Source: an uncultured delta proteobacterium (GTDB lineage: Bacteria > Desulfobacterota > Binatia > UBA9968). From it: a stretch of DNA of 49,546 bases. The translations under genes and the position numbers were made by a program. The notes beneath the pieces were generated by a model. The model was not told the origin of the DNA. It searched no databases and saw only the letters and a program-made list of their open reading frames with translations. Numbering within the stretch: the first letter of the stretch is position 1; each line of letters opens with the position of its first letter. Shown in pieces: positions 10,243 to 20,280 of this stretch. The stretch is taken from assembly GCA_963840855.1 (NCBI GenBank), contig CAWJBB010000035.1, forward strand, positions 1 to 49,546, in the 5' to 3' direction.

Positions 10243-11919
10243 ATGGCAAAAATAACCGGCGCTCAGTGCCTCGCGGACATGCTGCAAGGCTACGGTGTCT
10301 CGCACGTGTTCATGGTTCCCGCGGTGCTCCGTCGGACTTTCGCCGAAATGGAGCGCAGGACGAAAATCAAGCGCATCCACACCCACGGAGAAAAATCCGC
10401 AGCGTACATGGCGGACGGCTGTGCCCGCGCCTCGGGTCGCCCCGGTATCTGCATGGCGCAGGTGATCGGCGCGCTCAACCTCGCCGCGGGCTTGCGTGAC
10501 GCCCACCTCGCCCATTCGCCGGTGATCGCGTTTACGGGCGGGCGCGATCCGAAGACCAAATTCCGCAAGGTCTACCAGGAAGTGGATGACGTTCCCGCGT
10601 TCGAGCCGGTAACCAAGTTCAACGCCACTGTGGACGCGGTGGAGCGCTTTCCCGACATGGTGCGGCAGGCGTTCCGCGTCGCGGTATCAGGCACGCCGGG
10701 ACCCGTGCACTTGCAGTTTTGCGGAAACGAGGGGCAGATCGACGCGGAAGAGGCGGAGATGGAGCCGCTCTGCGAAGAACAGTTCGCTCGCGTGCCGCCG
10801 TTCCGTCCCGAGCCGGACATGAAAAGCGTGCTCGTAGCGCTAAGGCTGTTGCAGGACGCTGACCGGCCGATGATCGTCGCAGGAGGCGGCGTGCGCGCCT
10901 CGAATGCCGGTAGTGAGCTCGTCGCCCTCGCGGAAAAACTGTCCATTCCGGTCGCAACTTCGTTGAACGGCAAAGATTCCATTCCTGGCTTGCATCCGCT
11001 CTCGGTCGGTGTGTCGGGGACCTATTCGCGCGAGAGCGCGAACCGGGTGATCGGGCAGGCGGACCTCGTCTGCTTCATCGGTACCGAGACAGGAGGCATG
11101 ACGACGAATTTTTGGACCGTTCCGAAGATCGGCGTTGCGGCGATCCAGATCGACATCGAACCGGAGTGTCTCGGCCGGAACTACCCCCTGAAGGCGGCCG
11201 TGCTCGGAGATGCGAAGATCGTCCTCGCACGCATGCTCGAGCACGCGGACGGAAAGACGGCGGCAAAGCGAAAGGCCTGGCTGGAAAAATCGCGCTTAAT
11301 CTGCAAGGAATGGTATTCGAAATACCAGCCGATGCTCCAGTCCGACGCCGTTCCGATACGGCCCGAACGCATATGCGGCGATCTCACCAAGAACTTGCCG
11401 GATGATGCCATCGTCGTCGTGGACACCGGCCACGCGGGAATGTGGATGGGCGGATTCTATGACCTGCGCGCGCCTACCCAGAGCTACATGCGCAGCGCCG
11501 GACACCTCGGCTGGGCTTTTCCCGCGGGCCTCGGTGCGAAATGCGCTTGCCCCGATCGGCCCGTCGTCGTCTTCACAGGAGACGCCGGCCTCTGGTATCA
11601 CATCGGCGAAATCGAGACCGCGGTCCGCTGGAAGATCAACTCGGTGACCGTCGTCAATAACAACGCCAGCGGAAACCAGTCCAAGCGCGGCTTCGACCGG
11701 GCCTATGGAGGTCAGCAGACGGAGCAGGCACGCGAGCTGTGGACCTACAGGATGGTCAACTTCGCCCGCGTCGCCGAGGACATCGGTGCGCTTGGGATCA
11801 GAGTAGAAAAGCCCGCAGAGCTCGCTCCTGCGATCCAGCGCGCGCTCAAGGCCGATCGTCCCGTGATTGTGGACGTTGCGACCGACATCGAGGCGTTGGC
11901 GCCGACCGCGGTGACTTAA
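10243..11919 (+). CDS. Thiamine-diphosphate enzyme, acetolactate synthase-like
   Basis: HGEKSAAYMADG, GTPGPVHL, TGDAG...NN; start set at MAKITGAQ. Confidence 0.88.
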   Translation: MAKITGAQCLADMLQGYGVSHVFMVPAVLRRTFAEMERRTKIKRIHTHGEKSAAYMADGCARASGRPGICMAQVIGALNLAAGLRDAHLAHSPVIAFTGGRDPKTKFRKVYQEVDDVPAFEPVTKFNATVDAVERFPDMVRQAFRVAVSGTPGPVHLQFCGNEGQIDAEEAEMEPLCEEQFARVPPFRPEPDMKSVLVALRLLQDADRPMIVAGGGVRASNAGSELVALAEKLSIPVATSLNGKDSIPGLHPLSVGVSGTYSRESANRVIGQADLVCFIGTETGGMTTNFWTVPKIGVAAIQIDIEPECLGRNYPLKAAVLGDAKIVLARMLEHADGKTAAKRKAWLEKSRLICKEWYSKYQPMLQSDAVPIRPERICGDLTKNLPDDAIVVVDTGHAGMWMGGFYDLRAPTQSYMRSAGHLGWAFPAGLGAKCACPDRPVVVFTGDAGLWYHIGEIETAVRWKINSVTVVNNNASGNQSKRGFDRAYGGQQTEQARELWTYRMVNFARVAEDIGALGIRVEKPAELAPAIQRALKADRPVIVDVATDIEALAPTAVT

Positions 11920-12024
11920 CCTCGAGGCAGTCTGAGCGAGAAAACCTGAGGGTCAGGCATGTGTCTGTGCCGAATGATTTGACGTCAGCCTCGTGCCCGG
12001 ACCGTAACTTTAGAAGGGATTTCT

Positions 12025-13311
12025 ATGAGGCCTCAAAGGAAACTCGGTTCATTTAAGGCCGCGGTATTTCTATTACTGGTGAGCACCGAATCACATGCAC
12101 TGGGCCAAGCTCGAGAACCGGTGCTATCACTCGCCAAGAAGGAAAAGCCGGCTCTGCTTGAAACATTGAAAACCCTGGTATCCATCGAATCCGGCAGCCG
12201 TGACGACGAAGGGCTCGCGAAACTTGCGGGCGTCATTGCTGGGCGGCTAAAGGAGTTCGGTGGCCGGGTCGAGTTGGTCGAGCCGAGCGACGTCTACAAG
12301 ATGGAAGACACGCCCGAGAAAATCGGCAAGATGGTGCGGGCAAGCTTCACGGGCACGGGCACGAGAAAGATCCTGCTCATCGCCCACATGGATACCGTGT
12401 ACCCGCGCGGCATGCTTGCGCAGCAGCCTTTCCGCGTAGAAGGCGATCGCGCCTACGGCTTGGGAATCGCCGATGACAAGCAAGGAATCGCGGTCATCAT
12501 TCACACGCTGGCAGTTCTCAAGGCGATGGATTTTCGGGAATTCGGCATGCTCACCGTGCTCATCAACGCCGACGAGGAGCTGAGCTCGCCAGGTTCGCGC
12601 AGCCTGCTGACAAAGCTCGGCGCCGAGCACGACGCAACTTTCTCGGTCGAATCCTCGCGCGCGGAATCCGACAAATTGTCCCTGGCCACCAGCGGTATCG
12701 CTTCGATCACGCTCACCGTGAAAGGCCGGGCATCGCACTCGGGCAGCGCGCCCGAGAAAGGCATCAACGCTCTCTACGAGCTCGCGCACCAGGTCCTGCA
12801 AACGCGCGATCTTTCCAATCCGGCGGTGGGTCTTAAGATGAACTGGACGCTGGCGAGGGCCGGCACGACGCGCAACATGATTCCGCCGGGCGCGCAGGCG
12901 ACCGCCGACGTGCGCGTGCTGCGCGTGGCCGACTACGACGCGATTGAGAAGGCAGTACGGGAGCGGATAAAAAACCAGCTATTGCCCGAGGCAAAGGTCG
13001 AGATGAACTTTGAGCGCCGGCGTCCACCGTTGGAGGCGACAGCAGCGTCACGGGCGCTTGCGAAGCACGCACAGCAGATTTACCGCGAGCTCGGTAAGGA
13101 GCTCGTCATTGATGAAGTACCGGAAGGCGGTGGCACTGACGCGGCTTTCGCCGCGCTCAGCACCAAGGCGCCGGTGATCGAGCGCTTCGGGCTGCAAGGT
13201 TTCGGCGCCCATTCCGCTGATGCGGAATACGTCCTGCTCGATTCCATCGAGCCGCGCCTGTATCTGCTCGCCAGCATGATCATGGATGTCTCGCAGGGAA
13301 AGAATCGGTAG
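12025..13311 (+). CDS. M20 peptidase, glutamate carboxypeptidase G2-like
   Basis: AHMDTV, GIADDKQG, DEE, GGGTD, GAH; signal peptide. Confidence 0.88.
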   Translation: MRPQRKLGSFKAAVFLLLVSTESHALGQAREPVLSLAKKEKPALLETLKTLVSIESGSRDDEGLAKLAGVIAGRLKEFGGRVELVEPSDVYKMEDTPEKIGKMVRASFTGTGTRKILLIAHMDTVYPRGMLAQQPFRVEGDRAYGLGIADDKQGIAVIIHTLAVLKAMDFREFGMLTVLINADEELSSPGSRSLLTKLGAEHDATFSVESSRAESDKLSLATSGIASITLTVKGRASHSGSAPEKGINALYELAHQVLQTRDLSNPAVGLKMNWTLARAGTTRNMIPPGAQATADVRVLRVADYDAIEKAVRERIKNQLLPEAKVEMNFERRRPPLEATAASRALAKHAQQIYRELGKELVIDEVPEGGGTDAAFAALSTKAPVIERFGLQGFGAHSADAEYVLLDSIEPRLYLLASMIMDVSQGKNR

Positions 13312-13443
13312 ACGGTGCGGTTCCAAGTTCAAGGTTCAAAGTTCAAAGTGATCTAGACGTTCAACGCGTTCAACCGGTTCATCGGGGCTTGGGCTTGTAG
13401 AGATTATCGCTCTAGCGCCTATCGTCGAATTTTCTGATAAAAA

Positions 13444-13693
13444 GCGTGGATGAAGAGTAAATTCCAACCGCGCCATTTTCGCTATCCGCATCCTCCCGTC
13501 TTCTGAGATTCTCCAACGGCAACAGCCAAAGAAACGAAGCGCGCGAGTTCAATGGCGCGGACCCGACAGTGATTCGCCCACGAGTTTGCGCGCCGCGAGT
13601 CCCATCACCGCCGTGATTAGAATAAGCATCAAACCGATAGCCGCCGCCTCTGGAATCCGGCCTGCCTGCCAGTAAATCCATATCCACACGGCA
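13444..13693 (-). repeat. Copy B of ABC permease 3' end plus downstream DNA (matches about 43388..43662)
   Basis: Near-identical apart from one short indel. Confidence 0.95.
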
Positions 13694-13836
13694 TTAGCCA
13701 AGTTGATGCGGCGACTTTTGACGGGTTGCGGCATCGCCGGCACGGGCATGTCTTTCAGAACTGGTACAAATCGATTGTATGCGACGGCGATAGCTATTTC
13801 ACTGAACTGGTGCGCTACATTCACTTGAATCCGTAG
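13694..13836 (+). pseudogene. REP-associated tyrosine transposase (RAYT) internal fragment
   Basis: GHVFQNWYKSIVCDGDSYFTELVRYIHLNP. Confidence 0.8.
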
Positions 13837-13838
13837 CC

Positions 13839-13998
13839 CTAGCGAAACTCGAGTCCACCTTCGGCGAACTTCGTCCTGGAGGACGGGCGAGCCAAGAACT
13901 TGAGAAATTCCAATGCCGTTTCGACGGCGCTAGACCGAGCCGCGACTCCTGCGACGAGCGTCGTCACTCTCTGGATATCCGCCGGTAAGGTGCCCGAG
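13839..13998 (-). pseudogene. C-terminal fragment of a ModA-like binding protein
   Basis: Manual translation GTLPADIQRVTTLVAGV...ALEFLKFLARPSSRTKFAEGGLEFR*. Confidence 0.55.
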
Positions 13999-14084
13999 CA
14001 GCATAACGCCTAGATTGATTGACAAATCGTTGATGAAAAAGGTAATCCGAAAGCACAAAACGCGAAATTCGATGAGGTGATGCT

Positions 14085-15167
14085 ATGAAACTGAAACTCA
14101 TTGTCACAAATATAGCCGCGCTTTCGTTTGCTCTTTGCTATTTTTTCCCGGCGGCGGCTGTGTTTGGGGCCTCTGCGGGCATGACGCGCGATCAGATTTT
14201 GGCGGGAGCCAAGAACGAAGGCAGCCTCCGGGTGCTGAGTTCCTTGAATCCGAATACGTTTAATGCGCTGCGCAGGGCGTTTTTGAAACAGTATCCCTTC
14301 ATTCGGGAGATGCAGGTCCAAGAAATTAAGGGAACGGATGGTCCGCAAAAGTTTCTGTTGGAGCTGAAAAGCGGGCGCGGGGGCAACTGGGATGTCTTTG
14401 ACGCCGCGCCGGAATTTTACGATGAGTTCCAACCCTTGGTGAAGAAGATCGATCTTCTGGCTATGGGCCGGGATGGCGTTGTCAACATTCCTTCTCCGAT
14501 CATCGATCCAAAGTTTAAGAATATCGTGGCGATTGCGAGTTCTTTGCATTGCGTGGGTTATAACCTCAAGCTGTTGCCGGCCGCCAAAACTCCCAACTCG
14601 TGGGAAGATTTTCTTAAACCGGAGTTCAAAGGGCGAAAGTTCATGGTGGATATCCGGCCGCAAGGATTCGCTGCCCTGGCCGCGGGTATGGGCGAGGAAT
14701 GGATCGTCAACTATGCGCGGACGATTAAAGAACAAGATCCCGTCTGGGTTCGGGGCCAAAGCCGTGCCCTCACGGCGATGGCGATCGGGGAACAAAGCAT
14801 GCTACACCTCGCTTACTACCACTCGTGCGCCAGGGCAAAGGAAAAGGACGTGACCAAGGCCCTCGAATGCAAGGTGATCGAGCCGGCTCCGGCCCGAATT
14901 CAGGAAATGACGGCTATGAACGGCAACGCGCAAAACTCCAATGCGGCGCTTCTATGGGTGGAGTTCCAAGTATCCCCCGCAGGCCAACGAATTATTGACG
15001 ACGAAGAGCCGCTAAAGTCCTCGATTTACGTGCCCGGCTCTGAACTGGCCAAGGTAATCCAAGGGAAAAAGCTTTCCGTCAATAATTGGGCGACATTTCA
15101 CAAGACGGATGATTGGGAGAAAAAGGTAATTCAGATGTTCGGTTTTCCACAAGCCCAAATCAAATGA
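14085..15167 (+). CDS. Extracellular solute-binding protein (Fe3+/polyamine type)
   Basis: Signal peptide, GAKNEG, PNSWEDFLKPEFKG; paralog of 45438..46505. Confidence 0.85.
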   Translation: MKLKLIVTNIAALSFALCYFFPAAAVFGASAGMTRDQILAGAKNEGSLRVLSSLNPNTFNALRRAFLKQYPFIREMQVQEIKGTDGPQKFLLELKSGRGGNWDVFDAAPEFYDEFQPLVKKIDLLAMGRDGVVNIPSPIIDPKFKNIVAIASSLHCVGYNLKLLPAAKTPNSWEDFLKPEFKGRKFMVDIRPQGFAALAAGMGEEWIVNYARTIKEQDPVWVRGQSRALTAMAIGEQSMLHLAYYHSCARAKEKDVTKALECKVIEPAPARIQEMTAMNGNAQNSNAALLWVEFQVSPAGQRIIDDEEPLKSSIYVPGSELAKVIQGKKLSVNNWATFHKTDDWEKKVIQMFGFPQAQIK

Positions 15168-15392
15168 ATGTCGGGCAAGGCTCATCATAGGGGAAGTTAA
15201 AGGGGTCGGGAGTCTTTTCATGTTCGCTTCGGACGACCACGGGAATTCACCAGCGATTCAAGCCCAAGTTGTTTTGCGATGCTGATCGCCCAATTTCGCT
15301 ACGCAATAGACGACCTGGTTACGCCCTGTCCGTAAGTCATGCAACTCCGATTCTCTCTCTTCGGTCGTTCCGTTTCGCCACTGATTTAGTAA

Positions 15393-15488
15393 AAGCGAAA
15401 AGGGGACGCAAACCTTTTTTGATGATTCAACGCTTTCCGCTTCTAGGTCTACCGCGTGGATGAAGAGTAAATTCCAACCGCGCCATTT
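15393..15488. repeat. Copy C of DNA downstream of the permease (matches about 43328..43422)
   Basis: AAGCGAAAAGGGGACGC...GGATGAAGAGTAAATTCCAACCGCGCCATTT shared. Confidence 0.9.
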
Positions 15489-15609
15489 GCGCCCCGACGG
15501 CCGTTGTTTTGAGGAAATCTCTCCTGGAGAAATCTTTCTTATTTCCCTTTTTTTTGCTTCATAAGATTAATCTCCTTTTTTGACCTTAGGTCCGCAGGGA
15601 AAGCCAGAA

Positions 15610-15850
15610 TATTTCGCGCAAAGCCGCAAAGGCCGCAAAGGAAAAAAATGAATCCGGACTTGGCGTTCTTGGCGCCTTGGCGCGAGCATAGTCCTAAGCG
15701 CGTAACTAAAGGGCAAAGGCCGTCGGTAGAATTTGCGCAAGCCGCGAAAATTTTCAAGCATAGTAATGCGCAGCGCACGAAGCAAGAAAAATTTAACCGC
15801 AAATGCAAAGGACGCAAAAAAAATGTAGGGGCGGGTTTCAAACCCGCCCG
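15610..15850. repeat. REP-like cluster (CGCAAAG/CTTGGCG hairpins, GTAGGGGCGGGTTTCAAACCCGCCC)
   Basis: Palindromes; related element near 48000-48108. Confidence 0.6.
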
Positions 15851-15872
15851 ACTTCGTGGCCTTCGCGACCTC

Positions 15873-16109
15873 TTGCGCAAGTTGTGTAAACATTACGATA
15901 CGAGTTCGTCGTTCTGGCATGGACTGCCGGAATCAGGTTGACATGGATGTCTCCGGACGCATCCTGCGGGCCTGGATGCCGGCAATCCATGCCGGCATGC
16001 CGGAAGCTGCCGAAGGCCAAAAACCCCCGTCGAGCATTGGCGGCGGCTTGGAGGGATGTACCTCTTTTTCATGCTCTGTAGGCGAGTGTAAGCTCATGAC
16101 ACACTTCGT
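15873..16109. repeat. About 240-bp MITE/REP-derived repeat, copy 1
   Basis: Similar to 21912..22252 in the same orientation. Confidence 0.85.
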
Positions 16110-16292
16110 AGTGAGATATTTTTTTGCCGGTCCGCTCTTTTGGGGCGAGAAATAACCGCGTTGAGATAGTATGGCAATCGCTTGGAGCAGGCGCGGTCGC
16201 GTGCTAGGTTGAGCGCGGGATGAATTCGGCCGATCTACGGTAATCCAGGTTGAGTAGGGACGACGGCCGGTCGCCCCACAAAGGAGGAGTCC

Positions 16293-17360
16293 ATGGGACA
16301 GATACTTGGTTTAGGCATCACTCATTATCCGGGCCTCTCGATCCAGGGAAACTTGAGCCGTCGCATCAAAATATGTCTGGCCGATCAGGCGCTGCCGGAG
16401 CGCCTGCGTTCTCTCGATAATTGGCCGGAGCCTATGCGCCGGCAGTGGGGAACTGATGAAGGGCAGGCGCATTCCGACGCGCATCGCCAGGACATGGTCG
16501 AAGGCTTTCGCCGCGCGCGCCGGGAGCTGGATAAATTCCAGCCCGATTTCTGCGTGATCTGGGGCGACGACCAATATGAGAACTATCGAGATGATTGTGT
16601 GCCGGCGTTTTCGCTGCTCGCCTACGAATCAGCAGAAGTGCAGCCGTGGCTGCACAATCAGCGAGGCGTGAACTCTTGGAACGAGCCCAAAGACAAGAGC
16701 TTCACGATCCATGGTCATCGGAAAGGCGGCAAGTATCTTGCGGCGTCCCTTCTGAACGAGGGCTTTGACATCGCCTATTCGTACAAGCCGCTGCATAGCG
16801 GCTTGGGACACGCGTTTGTCAACTCGGTGCTTTATCTTGACTGGGACCGGACCGGATTTCCGTATCCCATCGTTCCCTTCACCGTCAACGCTTACGGACG
16901 CCATCTGACAGTCACCGAAGGAGTGTCTCCGACACCCTCGAAAGGACGGAGCCTTGAGGAGGTCGATGAAGATCCGCCGGGCCCGCAGCCCTGGCGTTGT
17001 TTTCAGATCGGCGCCGCAACCGCGCGGGCCTGCGCGAATGCGCCGTGGAAAGTCGCTTTGATCGCCTCCTCGAGCTGGTCGCATTCCTTCTTAACCGCAA
17101 AGCACGGTCGCATGTATCCGGATATAGAATCGGACATGCGATACTTCGAGGCGCTGCGCGCTGGCGAGTGGCAGACCTGGAGCAACACAACGTTGGAACA
17201 GGCGGAGGACCGCGGCCACCACGAGCTTCTGAACTGGTTCTGCCTGGCGGGAGCGATGGCGGAACTTAAACGAAAGCCCAACGAAGCGGAGTTTCTGGAA
17301 TCGTGGATTACTAATTCTGACAAGGTCTTTGCCGTGTTTCGGCCGCAAGCAGCTACTTGA
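16293..17360 (+). CDS. Class III (LigB-like) extradiol dioxygenase
   Basis: GITHYP, WGDDQYEN, LGHAF, ASSSWSH. Confidence 0.8.
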   Translation: MGQILGLGITHYPGLSIQGNLSRRIKICLADQALPERLRSLDNWPEPMRRQWGTDEGQAHSDAHRQDMVEGFRRARRELDKFQPDFCVIWGDDQYENYRDDCVPAFSLLAYESAEVQPWLHNQRGVNSWNEPKDKSFTIHGHRKGGKYLAASLLNEGFDIAYSYKPLHSGLGHAFVNSVLYLDWDRTGFPYPIVPFTVNAYGRHLTVTEGVSPTPSKGRSLEEVDEDPPGPQPWRCFQIGAATARACANAPWKVALIASSSWSHSFLTAKHGRMYPDIESDMRYFEALRAGEWQTWSNTTLEQAEDRGHHELLNWFCLAGAMAELKRKPNEAEFLESWITNSDKVFAVFRPQAAT

Positions 17361-18201
17361 TGGCGCCCGCGGTGAACCCGGCGATGAAGCGATCGACGAA
17401 GAAATTGTAGAGAATCGCGATAGGAATACTGGCGATAAAACAGCCGGCCATAAGGGAGCCCCAGAAGTACACGTCCCCGTGGACCAGGAAAGTGGGGACG
17501 CCCACGCTCACGGTGAGGTTTCGTACGGAGGAGATGAAGGTCACCGCATAAACGAACTCCTGCATGACCAGAGTGAAACTGAAGATCGCGACGGTGAGAA
17601 TCCCGGCGAGAGAGATGGGAACAACGACACGGATAAAAGCCCCAAGCCGGCTGCAGCCGTCGATCATGGCCGCCTCTTCCACATCTTTGGGGATGGCCTT
17701 GAAGAAGCCCATCATCAGCCAGGCGGAGAAAGGGACGGTGAAGGAGGGGTAAACCACTACCAAAGACCAGAGGGAATCGTCTACGCCAAGGTTCACCACG
17801 ACCCGCGACAGCGGGATGAACAAGAGCGTAGGCGGAATCAGATAAGTAAGGAAGATAGCGATGCCCAGCTTCTCGCCCCATTTTCCTGTGAGCCTTGCCA
17901 GGGCGTAGCCGGCGGGCAGGGCGAGAACCAAGGTGATCAGAACCACTAAGACGCCCACGAAAGCGGTGTTAAGGAGCCACTGGCCGTACAGAGTTTCCGA
18001 GAAGAGGCGATCGATATGCTCGAGAGTCGGTGGTTCGTAGAAGAGAAATGGGTTGTGTTTGAGGTCATACAGATCGCTCTGTCGTTTGAAGGCGGTGATG
18101 ACCATCCAGCTAAAAGGAAAGGCGAGGAAAGTCGTGAGCCCGGCAAGGATGCTCCAACGAACCACCCGCGCGCCCCAGCTTCTCACTTGCGGCCCAATCA
18201 C
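17353..18201 (-). CDS. Carbohydrate ABC permease
   Basis: EEAAMIDGCSRL EAA loop; transmembrane helices. Confidence 0.92.
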   Translation of the reverse strand: MIGPQVRSWGARVVRWSILAGLTTFLAFPFSWMVITAFKRQSDLYDLKHNPFLFYEPPTLEHIDRLFSETLYGQWLLNTAFVGVLVVLITLVLALPAGYALARLTGKWGEKLGIAIFLTYLIPPTLLFIPLSRVVVNLGVDDSLWSLVVVYPSFTVPFSAWLMMGFFKAIPKDVEEAAMIDGCSRLGAFIRVVVPISLAGILTVAIFSFTLVMQEFVYAVTFISSVRNLTVSVGVPTFLVHGDVYFWGSLMAGCFIASIPIAILYNFFVDRFIAGFTAGAIK

Positions 18202-18202
18202 T

Positions 18203-19159
18203 TCAGGTTACCTCGGTGCGACGGGCGATGCGCAGAAAGATCAACGCCGCGGCCAGCAGCAGGGGAAAGAGGAACAGAGCGATAGCAGCACCCTCAGCCA
18301 GGTCGCCGCCCGCGATCCCGGTATAGAATGCCAGACTGGCCAGCACCTGGGTCGTGTCGTACGGTCCGCCCCGGGTAAGATTGTAGATGATGATCATATC
18401 GGTGAAGGTGAAAACCAACCCAAAGAGCACCGCCACCAAGCTGATAGGGAGGATCAGCGGGAGGGTTACCTGAAAGTAATGCCGCCAAAAGCCGGCGCCG
18501 TCTACCGCTGCCGCATCGTGGATATCGTTGGGGATCGAGCTGAGGCCGGCCAGGAGGATCACCGTAGCCAGCGGCAGCTGGCGCCAGACGTTGACGGCTA
18601 TGACGGACGCCATTGCTAGATGCGGCACCCCCAACCACATAAAGCCCTGGCCTTGGATCAGCCCCATCATACGAAGCGTCCAGTTCAAGACACTGTAGGT
18701 CGAGTCAAAGATCCACAGCCAGGCGATGGTTCCGACAGATATCGGCGCCACCCATGGCAAGAGGATGAGAAAGCGGATCAACCCTTTACCCCGGAAGTCC
18801 TTTTGCAGCGCCAGCGCCAGGGCGTTGCTTAGCAGCAGGATCACCGCCTGCGATAGGAAGGCGAATATTAAGGTGTTCTTGAGGGCCGTCTGAAACTTGG
18901 GGGTACCCACCACATTAGTGAAGTTCCGTAGCCCGACAAAGCCCAAGGTCCCGCCACCGGTGGTGGTGTTGCTCAGGCTGTAATAAAGGGCCATGAAGAA
19001 CGGCGCTCCCACCAGCAGCACGATATAGAGGATGGCCGGACCGATCAAAAGCGGTCCCAGCCAGCGCTCGCTGTCGAGGATCAACGCGGCGCGCGGTCGA
19101 GTGCGGGCCAAGTTCGACGCAGCCGAAGTGATTGGCGCGGGTGAGTCCATATGCGGCAT
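18203..19159 (-). CDS. Carbohydrate ABC permease
   Basis: DAAAVDGAG loop, LTRGGP. Confidence 0.92.
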   Translation of the reverse strand: MPHMDSPAPITSAASNLARTRPRAALILDSERWLGPLLIGPAILYIVLLVGAPFFMALYYSLSNTTTGGGTLGFVGLRNFTNVVGTPKFQTALKNTLIFAFLSQAVILLLSNALALALQKDFRGKGLIRFLILLPWVAPISVGTIAWLWIFDSTYSVLNWTLRMMGLIQGQGFMWLGVPHLAMASVIAVNVWRQLPLATVILLAGLSSIPNDIHDAAAVDGAGFWRHYFQVTLPLILPISLVAVLFGLVFTFTDMIIIYNLTRGGPYDTTQVLASLAFYTGIAGGDLAEGAAIALFLFPLLLAAALIFLRIARRTEVT

Positions 19160-19161
19160 GT

Positions 19162-20193
19162 CTACAGCGAACGCGTGCCAATACGCAGCTCTGTGGATGG
19201 GTCGAAGAACTTTAGCTCCCGCTCTTCCACTGTGAACTCATAACCAGTCCCCGGCTCGATGCTGGCGGTCACAGTGGAGGGGAGGCGGGCTATGACCTTC
19301 TGATCCGCAAAGGCGCCTTCCAAGGTTCCATATAACAGGCGGTCGGCGCCGAGGTATTCTATCCGAGTAACCCGAAAGGGAAACGTCACTACTTTGCCGT
19401 TCCCATTTAGGGTGCCTCTGGGAAGAAAGTGCTCGGGGCGGAAACCCAAGATGTAATTCTGACCCTTCAGCAGATTCATCGATGGCGATCCGACGAAGCG
19501 GGCGACGAAAGTATCGGCGGGCTCGTGGTAGATCTCCTGCGGCGTGCCGATCTGGCGCACGAGACCTGCTCTCATGACGGCGATGCGATCGCCCAGCCCC
19601 ATCGCCTCGACCTGATCATGAGTCACGTAAATGGTGGTCGTGCCGAGCCGCCGCTGAAATTGTTGGAGCTCGTCGCGGGCGGAGGCACGCAATTGCGCGT
19701 CTAGATTAGACAGCGGCTCGTCCAAAAGGAAAGCCGCGGGCTCGCGCACCAGAGCGCGAGCCAGGGCGACGCGTTGCCGCTCGCCGCCGGAAAGCTGGCG
19801 CGGCTTACGATGCAACAGGTGGCCGATGCCAAAGAGCGAGGCAGCCCACTCGACCTTCTCGCGGATGGCGGCTTTTTCCACACCGTGCGCCTTCAAAGGA
19901 AAGGCGATATTCTTTAACACGGTCATATGCGGATAGAGGGCGTAGCTCTGGAAAACCATGGCGATTTTCCGGGCCCGTGGCGGCAAGTCGTTCACCACTT
20001 CACCGCTAATCAGCAACTCTCCTGCGCTGGGCGTCTCGAGACCCGCGATCATGCGGAGCAGAGTGGTTTTACCGCAACCCGAGGGGCCGAGGAGAACGAG
20101 AAACTCACCTTCCTTGATGATCAGGTCTACCCCGTTCACCGCGGCGACGTCGCCGTAATACTTTTTGATCGCGCGTGTTTCTACCGTGGCCAT
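19162..20193 (-). CDS. Sugar ABC ATPase (MalK-like)
   Basis: GPSGCGKT, LSGGERQR, LLDEPLSNLD. Confidence 0.95.
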   Translation of the reverse strand: MATVETRAIKKYYGDVAAVNGVDLIIKEGEFLVLLGPSGCGKTTLLRMIAGLETPSAGELLISGEVVNDLPPRARKIAMVFQSYALYPHMTVLKNIAFPLKAHGVEKAAIREKVEWAASLFGIGHLLHRKPRQLSGGERQRVALARALVREPAAFLLDEPLSNLDAQLRASARDELQQFQRRLGTTTIYVTHDQVEAMGLGDRIAVMRAGLVRQIGTPQEIYHEPADTFVARFVGSPSMNLLKGQNYILGFRPEHFLPRGTLNGNGKVVTFPFRVTRIEYLGADRLLYGTLEGAFADQKVIARLPSTVTASIEPGTGYEFTVEERELKFFDPSTELRIGTRSL

Positions 20194-20280
20194 GCCTGGG
20201 ACTTTTCGGCTTACGCTCAGCCATTCAGATGGGCGCCGCACTAAAAGAGAAAAGGCTCCGAAGTGAGCGACCGCTCCAAC

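Noticed and set aside
15539-16155. Short ORFs in the repeat-rich intergenic region
   Set aside because: They are translations of REP/MITE sequence with no protein motifs
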